From positions 992,001-1,056,000 of the forward strand of contig NC_089431.1 of NCBI RefSeq assembly GCF_026210795.1: DNA of 64,000 nt. Direction: 5' to 3'. Made by a program: the position numbers and the translations under genes. This document shows positions 53,251 to 64,000 of the stretch, piece after piece. Below the pieces are notes generated by a model that saw nothing but the letters and a program-made list of their open reading frames with translations, made no database searches and was not told the origin of the DNA. The stretch comes from Rhizophagus irregularis. Lineage: Eukaryota. Numbering within the stretch: position 1 is the stretch's first letter; each line of letters starts with the position of its first letter.

Positions 53251-55715
53251 CCCTATAAAAAAATTAAATACGTTTTTTATAAAGTTTTTATACGATTTTT
53301 TTTCCTTAGAAATAACGTATCATAATAGGATACGGAAAAATGCACAATTCCGTATCACTAAAAATATGGTTTGGATACGGAATTTATATGGAATTTACAT
53401 GATTTGATCACTGATTTTATCACGAAATTTATACGATTTGGTCATTGAATTTACTATTTGTATTACAGTTTACTATAATTGTATTTACATAAATCTAATT
53501 TCACTTTATTAAATTAAATAAAAAATAAAAAATAAACAAAGTACAAATACATTATGAAAATTCCCTCCTTATTAAAACCACCTATTGCAACAAGTTCAGG
53601 TTCATTTGGAGTCAAACAACCTAAAAGAACAAAAAAAAAAATTGGAAACAAAACCCCCCCTCATATAGTATCTGCAATCGTCCAAGTCACCAAAGGTCAG
53701 CATTCCTACAAAAAAAGAAAGAGAACTCCAGAATGTCTGACCTACATAAAAGAAAGAATTATGAGGCGTCTAATGAAAAAGAAACCAAAACAACAAAATA
53801 AATCCAAAACTGACCTACAAAAAAAGAAGACTCTGAAGCAACAAAACTGAAACAACCTACAAAAAGAAAAGAATTTGAACCCAACCAACAAAAAAACAAG
53901 AAAATTTGAACTGACCTAAAAAAAGAAAAAAAATCCTGAATCATCCTACAAAAAGAAAAGGACTCCCAAACTGATCAACAAAAAAGAAAAAAGAAACTGA
54001 ATATTCTCACAAAAAAAATCTGCTGGCCTATGAAACAAAATATAAATAAAGAAGAAAGGGGAATAAAGAATAAACCAAAAAAAATATTACAGTCAACTCC
54101 CTCTATAGTCACTCCCGTTATAGTCACATTCTACTATATAGTCACACCAGTTGAATGTTCAAAACACTTTATTATTAAAATCTATCCTATATAGTCACAA
54201 TCTATCTATAGTCACTATCACACCTATCCTCAAAAATCTTATATTAAAAAGAACCATTTATAATCACAGTTATATAAAGAATATATTAAATAACTTGGCA
54301 TCTAATAATCGTACAAAGATGTACCATAGCTTGTTAGAATTGTCTCACTGAGACGAATCGAATGGTGGTAGTTTTATCCTTTCATGATCACTGGCTGATG
54401 AGTTATTCAATAAAATGTTAAGAATCGGCATTATTATATTTCTTGATTTACGTTTACTGCGCCATTTAACATTTTGCTGAATTTCTCGGTACCTAGTGAT
54501 TATAAAAAGACGATTAATAGCTCGTTGGAATCCCCTCATCAAGACGAATCGAATGGTGGTAAGATCATCTCTCTGTGATCAATATTGACGGAGTTACTAC
54601 TTAAAAACCATTTAATATTTTTTAATTTCGGAAATTGATCTAGTGATTGGATTTCGATGTATTTTATACCATTAGATTCGTCGCATCAAGACGAATCGAA
54701 TGGTAGTAAGATCGTCTCTCTAGGATCAATATTGGCAGAGTTATTACACAAAAACCATTAATATTTTTTTAACTTCGGAAATTAATCTAGTGATTGGATT
54801 TTGATGTATTTTATACCATTAGAACCGTCTCATCGAGACGAATCGAATGGCGGTAAGATCATTTCTCTACGATTAATATTGGCTGAGTTACGATACAATA
54901 AAGTTTTAAGTATAATTTTGGCCAAAATTATGTTTATTTTTGGCCGGAATTATGATATACTAATATAAGAAATTTTTTATATAGTCACATCTCTTTATAA
55001 TCACCAAATATGGACTGTCCCAAATGTGTGACTATAAAGAGAGTTGACTGTATTTTAAAAAGAGGGATAACGAAGTTAGGAAAGTTAAAAAAAAATTTTT
55101 TTTTAAAGGGAGGACGTCAAAGTTAGAAAAATAAAAATTTTTTTATAAAGAGGAAATAGAAAAATTTTTTTTAAAAAAAAGAAGAGTGGGAATAAAAGAA
55201 ACAATTTTTTTTTAAAGGGTGACGAAAAAAAATTTTTTTTCAAAGGAGAGTGACGAAAAAAAAATTTTTTTTAAAGTGAGGTACGAAAAAAAAAAATTTG
55301 TTTTTAAAAGGGGGTGACGAAGTAAGAAGAAAAATTTAGAAAAAATAACAAAAATAAGACAAGAGAAAGAGAAAGGAAAGGAAAGACAAAGGAAGATCGG
55401 AAGATCAAACTCATCAAAGTAAGGGTTTATATAAAATCAAAAAATGTATCATAACAAAACAATAAACAATCATGTGATCTCGTGTTATGATACGGAATTT
55501 TTGTAAAATTATCTTCTAAATATATTAACCGTTAAGTTTAAAAATTCCGTATACATTCCGCATGATTAATTTTTTCTGTATACATTTTCTTATACATTAG
55601 TTTTTTCAAAAATGAATTGCTTATTAAATATACGGAATTTGTATACGGAATCTATAGAAACGTACATAAAATGTATACAAAATGTATCCTTTCCGTATAC
55701 ATATTTCTTATAGGG
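53251..55715. mobile_element. Non-autonomous CCCTA-ended CACTA-type element
   Basis: CCCTATAA ... TTATAGGG; 3-bp TSD ATT; ATACGGAA/TTCCGTAT subterminal repeats. Confidence 0.85.
54090..55050. mobile_element. Tc1/mariner-type MITE with internal ~150-bp repeats
   Basis: TIR CAGTCAACTC(C/T)CT(C/T)TATAGTCAC, TA TSD; four AGACGAATCGAATGG units at ~54350, 54542, 54689, 54836. Confidence 0.88.
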
Positions 55716-55983
55716 ATTCCTTATTTATATAACAAAAAAAACTTTTAAATTTTACTTATTATAGTAGACAATAGATCAATTAAAAATAGTTATGCAATAA
55801 GAATTTAACTTAAATAATTATGACGTATTATAAGTTTATATAATTCACATGATCTTTTTTCACTGGTCGAAATCAAAAAAATCGGACATATGGAAAATCA
55901 GCTAAAAATCAGACCAAAATCGACTGACATTACAAATCGGAACATCTGATTGATGCCAATCGGACAATTTAATGAAAATCCAG

Positions 55984-56608
55984 AAAAAAATCATCATATT
56001 TGATTGACGGCTGATTGATGCTAGTTGAAATCAAAAAAAAAATCAGACAAATGGCAAATCAACCTAAAATTTACCCAATATTCAAATATGATACTTCAGA
56101 TTTATGGAAAATTAACAATTCAATAAAAATTCAATAAAAATTTGATAAAAATTCGGCAAAAAAATCATCATATTTGATTGACGGCTGATTGATGCTGGTT
56201 GAAATCAAAAAAAAAACAGACAAAATGGCAAATCAACCTAAAATTTACCCAATATTCAAATATGATACTTCAAATTTATGGAAAATTGACAATTCAATAA
56301 AAATTTGATAAAAATTTGATAAAAATTTGGTAAAAAAATCATCATATTTGATTGACGGCTGATTGATGCTGGTTGAAATCAAAAAAAAAATCAGACAAAA
56401 TGGCAAATCAACCTAAAATTTACCCAATATTCAAATATGATACTTCAAATTTATGGAAAATTGACAATTCAATAAAAATTTGATAAAAATTTGATAAAAA
56501 TTTGGCAAAAAAATCATCATATTTGATTGACGGCTGATTGATGCTAGTTAAAAATCAAAAAAAAATCAGACAAATGGCAAATCAACCTAAAATTTGCCCC
56601 AATATTGG
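55984..56608 (+). repeat. ~175-bp tandem repeat, about 3.5 copies
   Basis: AAAATCATCATATTTGATTGACGGCTGATTGATGCT recurs at ~55987, 56161, 56335, 56510. Confidence 0.92.
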
Positions 56609-57424
56609 TTAAAATTACAAATTGGCACTTCTGATTTGTGGCATACTGGTTAATGATTTATGGTTGAATCTTTTCATATTATTGATATATGTAATTTATG
56701 ATAAATAATAAATATTCGGTTATCCTCATTAAAAATTGCATGAACGGTCCCTAATATTATTGTTAGATGATTTAAACTATATAATAGTCTAAATCATAAT
56801 CTGCCACCTGATTTATTTAATAGTTAGAAATTTGCTCATTTTTCAATTGGGTATCAATCAAAATTAAACTATTATAACATTTACTATTTGCTGATCAATT
56901 ATAATAAGACGCGACACGTATTATATTAATAAAAGTACATCAGGAAAGTTTTTGGGGTACAAAACTGCGGAGATCTGCAAAATTAGCTTTTTTTTTGTCA
57001 TTTTTTGTGTATTTCTGCGAAGTTCTGCAACTTCGCAGATAATTGAATATTTTTATCTATAAAATCAGCGAAATTCTGCAATTTTGCAGAATTTCATTCA
57101 ACAGAAAATTTAAAACAAGCCAGACTTGCGAAGTTCTGCAAAATAGCAATATTGCAAAATTTTTTATGGAGCAGTTCTTCGCAATTCGGTAATTCCAGTG
57201 TACATTGGAAAAAGAATTGCACTGATTGGTTATATGGGATGATCAGTTACTAGCCGAATTTAGACTTTGACATTTATTTAAACTTTAAACTTGATAAAGT
57301 TTCAAAACTTAATCTTTTTCCTTTTGAAAAGTTTCGAAACTAAAAGAAAAAACTATCTTTTTTCTTTTAAAAAGTATCGAAGCTAAAAGACGAAATTTTT
57401 TTTAAAAAAAATTAATTTTCGTAG

Positions 57425-60400
57425 GACACCAGCCCTACGAAGTTTCTGAAAGTTTCGAAGTACAGGATGAACAAAATTAGTAATTTTGTCCAACTTCGAA
57501 GTTTTTTTTTAAAATTTCGAAGGTAAGTTCGAAATTTTACTTTTTTTTTCATTTACTTCTAAACGAAACGTTTCTAAACGTTTCGAAATATATTGTTTTT
57601 AATTTAATTACTTTTATCGAAACGTTTGTTAACGTTTCAATAATTTTATTATTTTTATTTTTAACGAAACGTTTTTTAACGTTTCGAAATTTTATTTTAA
57701 AAAATTTTATCAGAACATTAAAAAACGTTCCGATTTTTGATTTTTTTTATCGAAACGTATTTTAACGTTTCGAAATTTTATTTTTCTTTATATCGAAACA
57801 TTAAAAATGGTTCGATTCATTTTTTATTCTTAATTTTTAAACGAAACGTTTTTAACGTTTCAATTTTATTCTTAATTTTCAAACGAAACATTTTTAACGT
57901 TTTGATTTTATTCTTAATTTTCAAACGAAACGTTAAAAATGTTTCGATTATTTTTTTTAATTTTCTTAATTTTCTTTATATCGAAACGTTAAAAAACATT
58001 TCGATTTTTAGTTTAATTTTTAAACGATACGTTTTTAACGTTTCGAAATTTTTTTTTAAATTTTTCTTTATATCGAAACGTTAAATATCGAAATGTTTTT
58101 AACGTTTCGATTTTTTTAAAATTCTTTTATTGGAACGTTTATTAACGTTCCGATTTTTTTTTCGAATTTTTTTGTAGGGTTCCGGCGCTTTCTAGACGAA
58201 TTTCGAAGGTAAAACTTCGAAATTGTTTCTTTTTTTTCATTTATTTAATGAAACGTTTATTAACGTTTCACTTTTTTTTTAGATTTTCATCTTTCCAGTA
58301 GTTTTCTGGGTGGAACTTCGAAGGTATTTACCTTTGAAGAATTAATTTTCCGGATGCTGTTTTTACCTTGCCACTTTTGAATTGTGTAAAAAAGTTGGCC
58401 ATTCATAGGAGACTGGACGGAATTTCGAAGGTAAAAAAAAAACTTCGAAATTATTAATTTTATTTTCTTTTATTTTTTTTTTGTTTAATGAACGTTTGCT
58501 AACGTTCTTTATCTTTTTAGGTACAGAAAGCCGATTGGAATCCCAATTCGAAGGTAAACTTCGAATTTTATTTTATTTCTTCTTAAACGAAATGTTTGCT
58601 AACATTTTCGTTTTTTTCTTTTTTGTAGACCTATGGCCTTCCAGGTGGGTTCCTGGGCGAAAATTTAAAGGTATTTACTACCTTGTATTTTTTTTTGTTA
58701 TTGTTAACAAAATGTTCTTATTAACATTTCGATTTTTTACTTTTGTAGGTCCATGACTTCTGAAAACTTTTTCGAAGGTAAAACTTTGAAATTCTTTGGT
58801 TTTAATTTAATAAAACGTTTATTAGTAACAGTTTGTTTTTTTTGTAGGGTTTTGGTTCTCTGGATCCTGGACGAAAGAATTTGAAGGTAAACCTTCAAAA
58901 ATCTTTATATTTTTGTGGTTTTTTCTTTAACGAACGTTCTACTAACGTTCGCTATTCTTTTATTTTTAGGTCCTGGCTCCCATTTGAAAGAACTTCGAAG
59001 GTAATAACACTTCGAAGTTCTTTATTTTTAGTTTTTAATGAACGTTCTACTAACGTTCGTTTTTTATTATTTTTAGGTTCCGGACTTCCTTTTGGAGAAC
59101 TTGGAAGAACTTCGAAGGTAATAGCACTTCGAAGTTCTTTATTTTTAATTTTCTTTAACGAACGTTCTACTAACATTTCGTTATTTTATTTTTTTTAAGT
59201 CCAGAATGCCGAAGGTATGTTCCGGACCCATTTGAAGGTAAAACCTTCGAAATTATTTTTTTTTTTTAATTAATTTATTGACGAACGTTAACTAACGTTC
59301 GTATTTCATTTTTTTTTAGGTAAAGGAAGCCGGAAACTAGTTCTGGACTTCCATATCGAAGGTAAAACCTTCGAAAATTTTTATTTTTTAATAATAATTT
59401 GGCGAACGTTAATTAACGTTTGTACTTCTTTTTATTTTTAGGTAAAGGAAGTCGAAAGACTTCGAATTTTTTTTTTCTTGGATACTAAGAGAGGGTAAGT
59501 TTCGTAACGAATTTTCGTTATGAAACTTTAATTTTTTTTTCGTTTTTTTAAGAAACATTGACTAATGTTTCTTATTTATTTTTGTAGATTCTGATACTCG
59601 AATCCAAAACTAAATGGTAAGTTTCGTAACGAATTTTTTCGTTACGAAGCTTAGTTTTTTTTTTATTTTATAAAAGAACGTTTCTAACGTTCTTTATTCT
59701 TTTTTGTAGTTTCAGTACTCCAAAGATTCCTGAAACGAAAATGGTAAGTTCGCAACGTCTCATTGCAAAACTTTATATATATATTTTTTAATTTTATAAA
59801 GGTTAAAGAACATTTTTCTAACGTTCTTTTATTCTTTTTTTTTAGATTTTCGGCTCGTCTAGATTTCAACATGGTAAGTTTCGTAATGAACTTTTCGTTA
59901 CAAAACTAATATTTTTTTTTATTTTATTTAAACAAAACGTTACTAACGTTTTGGTTTTCTTTTTTTTTGGGTTTTCTGCTTTCCGGGCGGCATTTCGAAG
60001 GTGAAACTTTAAAAAAAAAATTTTTTTTTATTTTATTTTAACGAACGTTAACTAACGTTCGTTCTTAATTTTGTAGGTCCAGAACACCAAAGTGCGGGGC
60101 TCTGATTTGGCCAATCCTATAGGTAAAGTTTTAAAGTTTCTTCCTTCAAAACTTTCATAAAAAACGTTTATTTTTAACGTTTTTTATATTTTTTATAGGA
60201 AATCGGCTCTGATTTGGCCAATCCTATAGGTAAAGCTTTGAAGTTTCTTCCTTTGAAACTTTCATAAAAAACGTTTATTTTTAACATTTTTTATATTTTT
60301 TATAGGAAATCGGCTCTGATTTGGCCAATCCTATAGGTAAAGTTTCAAATTTTTGAAACTTAATAAAAAAACGTTTATTTTAACGTTTTTTAATTATTTT

Positions 60401-60870
60401 TTATTTTTTATTTTGCAGGGAAATCGGCTCCAATTTGGATACCGGAATCCTGCAAGTAAAGTTTCGATTTTTGAAACTTTTTGATGAAACTTAATAAAAA
60501 CATTAACGTTTTTTTATTATATTTTATTGATTTTTTTTGCAGGGAAATCGGCTCCAATTTGGATACCAGAATCCCGCAAGTAAAGTTTCTATTTTTGAAA
60601 CTTTTTGATGAAACTTAATAAAAAACATTTAATTTAACGTTTTTTTATTATTTTTATTATTTTTTTGTAGGGAAATCGGCTCCGATTTGCCATCCTACAG
60701 GTAACGTTTTGATTTTCTGGAAATTAAGGAATTTAACGTATACCGGATTTCCAGGTTAGTTTCAAAATAAAAAATTCGAAACTTTTATAAAAAAGTATTT
60801 TATTATTTACGCAATTAAACATTTTTAACGTTATTCTGGGGTCTTTTAGACGCATGGAAATTCAGTAAGG
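57425..60870 (+). ncRNA. Putative multi-micro-exon non-coding transcript (~22 exons)
   Basis: Regular exon|GT...branch (CTAAC/TTAAC)...polyT AG units, all on the + strand; no long ORF in the frames I spliced by hand; transcription not shown. Confidence 0.5.
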
Positions 60871-60964
60871 TGATTTTAAATGGCTACTTCACCTTTCAAG
60901 TTTTCAGGCAACTGGAATATTGATTTTTGGGCGAAATTGTTTTATATGTATATGTAATATTTTA

Positions 60965-61460
60965 AATTTCAGAATGAAATTTACTGTAATTTGCGATACA
61001 ATTCAGAATAAAATTTACTGCAATTCAGATGCAATTCAGAATAAAATTAACTGCAATTCAGAATAAAATTTACCACAATTCAGAATAAATTTACCGCAAT
61101 TCAGAATAGAAATTTACCACAATTCAGATTAAATTTACCGCAATTCAAATTAAATTTACCGCAATTCAGAATAGAAAATTTACTGCAATTCAGATTAAAA
61201 TTTACCGCAATTCAGATTAAAATTTACCGCAATTCAGAATAAATTTACCGCGATTCAGAATAAATTTACCGCAATTCAGAATAAATTTACCGCAATTCAG
61301 AATAGAAAATTTACCGCAATTCAGATTAAAATTTACTGTAATTCAGATTAAAATTTACTGCAATTCAGATCAAAATTTACTGCAATTCAGATTAAAATTT
61401 ATCGCAATTTATCAAAATTTATCATAATTCAGAATAAATTCACTGCAATTCGGTAAATTT
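60965..61460 (+). repeat. 21-23 bp minisatellite
   Basis: About 20 copies of GCAATTCAGA(A/T)TAAA(A)TTTAC(C/T). Confidence 0.93.
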
Positions 61461-61725
61461 ATGAATATATTTTTTTAAACAATTTGGATTAAAAATACTA
61501 AGCAATTCAGATACAATTTGGATATTCTGATCAGCGTCGATCGGCCTGCCAATCGGAACTTTGCCTAAATTAATAAATCGGCCATCTTTATCACCAAATT
61601 CGGCCTAAAATCGGACATCCGATTTCTAGCCGATTTGGACTATTTCGACCAGTGTTTATTTTAAAAGTTTTATTTTCCCAGGATTCATTACTTTTATTTT
61701 TCAAAAAATAAAGATTTTCTCTATA

Positions 61726-63269
61726 ATGGAATATAATAATAGTGAAATGTCTGATTGTTCTTCCAATTCCGATGGTGGTTCTTTTATTAATTGTGAAAAG
61801 GAATCTACATTGAAAAAAATTGCAGAACTTAAAAAAAAAATTATGAAACTTGAAAATACTTCTATGAAAAAGGAAAAGACAAAGAGAAAATCGAACCAAA
61901 AACTTGTAGATAAAGAATCTTTTGCCATAACAAATAAAACAAAAGGATCATCAAATCAAAGTCGTTTAAAGGATAAATCTTTTAATAATAAATATAATAG
62001 TAAAAGTCAGCCAACCCTCTCTGAAGAAGATAATACTGAATTTTCTAGTGATGAACCTAAACAGGTGGCAATTATTTTAAATATAACATTTTATTGTTAT
62101 TTTTATTTATTATTTTAAAATATATAATAGCCAATATTCAAGAAGAAAATATAAACTATCAAAAGATTCCTTCTTTTCTTCATATCCCAAAGAGTATTTG
62201 GCGTGGCTATGTGGTCAGTATATAATATTATTATTAATATTTGAGATAAATGTTTAACTTTAATATACTACTGCAGGAATCAATGAGACTTTTAGTAGCT
62301 GAAAAACTTAATATCGTGATATACCTATTAATGAAATTAATAAATGTATTGATAAGGTAAATACTAACTGCTGTAATCCTGAATTCCATTTATTTAACAC
62401 TTTTTAACCAATTTTTTTTATTGTATTAGTTTCATAAGAAAAATCCATCCTTTCCAGAAACTGTTAGTGATTGGGCAGAACGTGAGATGATTTGTTGACA
62501 TATAAATTATAGACGTAAGTTTATCTTAATTTAATATTGTTTTGTCATTATTCTGCTATTTTACTAAAATTTTCAACATTTTATAGGGTCAATTCTTAAT
62601 CTTAGCGAAATGCATAAGACAAATATTTCTGTTAATAAAGCTAAGATCCGAAAACCAAATGGTAATAGTAAAAGAGCCAAAAAAAAGGAAATGAACTATT
62701 AACAAAAAATTGAATCATGGTAATTTTTAATTTTGATGAAATATTTTAAAATGAATCAAATTAATAATATTACTACCAATCAAACAGAACCATTATTGGT
62801 ATCCAACAGCCCGAATATAGAAAGTTTGGAAAGGCTTGATAATAATAAATCTTTACCGAGTAAGAGTAAGCTCATAGATTCTTTAATACATATGTAATCA
62901 ACTAAATATATAAAATATATTACAATAGAATTATTAGAAGCCGTTGATGTCTCCCCAGCTTATTCTAAACGTCCTGGCCATAAACATAAAATAACACAAT
63001 CATCTGATAAAGAAGAAGCTATTGAAGACGTTGAAGTTGTAAGAATTCCTCCAGCAAAACATCCTGGTCGTAAACGTAAGATAACACAGCCATCTGATGA
63101 TGAAAAAGGTGTTGAGGACGTCGAAACTATCAGAATTCCTCCAGCAAAACATCCTGGTCATAAAACTAAAGTAGCACAACCACCTGATGATGAGAAAGGT
63201 GTTGAAGATGCTGAAACTATCAGAATTCCTCCAGCAAAACGTCCTGGTCGTAAATGTAAAGCGGTATAA
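61726..63269 (+). pseudogene. Homolog of the transposon second gene, with C-terminal 30-aa basic/acidic repeats
   Basis: Exon FHKKNPSFPETVSDWAE.EMIC*HINYR|gt aligns with ~49280-49343 with the same intron position; in-frame stops; 90-bp repeats 62967-63260. Confidence 0.65.
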
Positions 63270-64000
63270 CATTATTTAATATATTTATCTATGTATTTGA
63301 TATTTTATAAATTAGTACATATTTAATATATTATACTTTAATATATTACATTCTATATATTTTATACATATGTAAAACAAAATATATACAAATGTATTTC
63401 AAATGCTAAATAAAAGTATTACGAGTTTGCTACAAATCATTTACAAATTTTGTATAAATGGATGCTCATAATTGTATTAAACTTGTTATGTTAAAATATA
63501 TTACATTTTTTATACGAAAATTTGACAAATACTTTTTACTGGGTTGAGTAGGTTAATTATAAAAAACTGTTATTGTTACACAAAGTTAAAAAACTTGCTT
63601 ATAAGTAAACTATGATCACAAACATCTTTCATCTAATTCAGTATATATATATAGTCAAATTTTTAACTTATAATAATTTGGCTAATATCAGTGCTAGAAA
63701 TGTGATTTTACTATCATTAGATTCCTCCAATTAAGATGAATATAATGATATAAAATTCATTAAAATCAAATGATTAATAATATAGTCAATATTATTTACC
63801 CCCTATAAACAAGTAGCACTGCTTATACAACTACATATTACATATTGGTCAGAAGTGTAATTAATATATTATTTGAATAATATCTATTTTAACAGAAATT
63901 ATAGGAAGGTTTATTGATTTTATAAAAACTAATTTATTTAAAATTACCTTCATCAGTGACTTTTAATATATAAAGTACTTTGTAAACACATAATATTATG

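Larger units (their letters stand above)
55861..61654. mobile_element. 5.8-kb non-autonomous CACTA element (CACTG ends) carrying a structured micro-exon array
   Basis: Perfect 13-bp TIR CACTGGTCGAAAT, flanked by TTT; AAATCGG/CCGATTT subterminal repeats; no transposase ORF. Confidence 0.85.
51010..63543. mobile_element. Second EnSpm-type element (C(C/G)CAG ends), internally deleted, with nested insertions
   Basis: CGCAGTAAAAAGT..TTGT left and revcomp CCCAGTAAAAAGT..TTGT right; 3-bp TSD TTG; carries homologs of both genes of 44733-50363 in the same divergent layout. Confidence 0.75.

Noticed and set aside
57737..59872. ORFs 57737, 58481, 58881, 58952, 59684
   Set aside because: Unspliced read-through of repeat units, with no domain-like content.
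57425..60870. CRISPR-like repeat/spacer appearance
   Set aside because: Repeats are long, degenerate and shaped like spliceosomal introns; several spacers are related to each other; no cas genes; eukaryotic context.
1..64000. tRNA, rRNA or hammerhead ribozyme
   Set aside because: No recognisable motif set seen by eye; a covariance-model search would be needed to exclude them.

Overview
AT-rich, intron-containing eukaryotic DNA. The expanded tyrosine-kinase-like (TKL) kinases with HKDFHSGN/DLG motifs, the short introns and the TE spectrum resemble a Glomeromycotan fungus such as Rhizophagus; this is inferred, not verified. About 1-42 kb is an interleaved, segmentally duplicated cluster of TKL kinases (one apparently intact, three disabled, one relic) and SAM-dependent methyltransferases (three apparently intact, two relics). 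It is peppered with MITEs whose TIRs and TSDs can be read directly, plus a 5'-truncated LINE. About 42-64 kb is a nest of DNA transposons: a complete but mutated CACTA/EnSpm-type element (44733-50363) with a transposase and a divergent partner gene, and a second related element (51010-63543) holding three insertions, one of which carries a fourth. The most unusual signal is inside a non-autonomous CACTG element: about 22 apparently non-coding 22-50 nt micro-exon-like units separated by short introns, with the 5' splice site in or beside one hairpin and the branch point in a second (57425-60870). Similar arrays recur in other non-autonomous elements. All coordinates were read by hand and may be off by a few bases.
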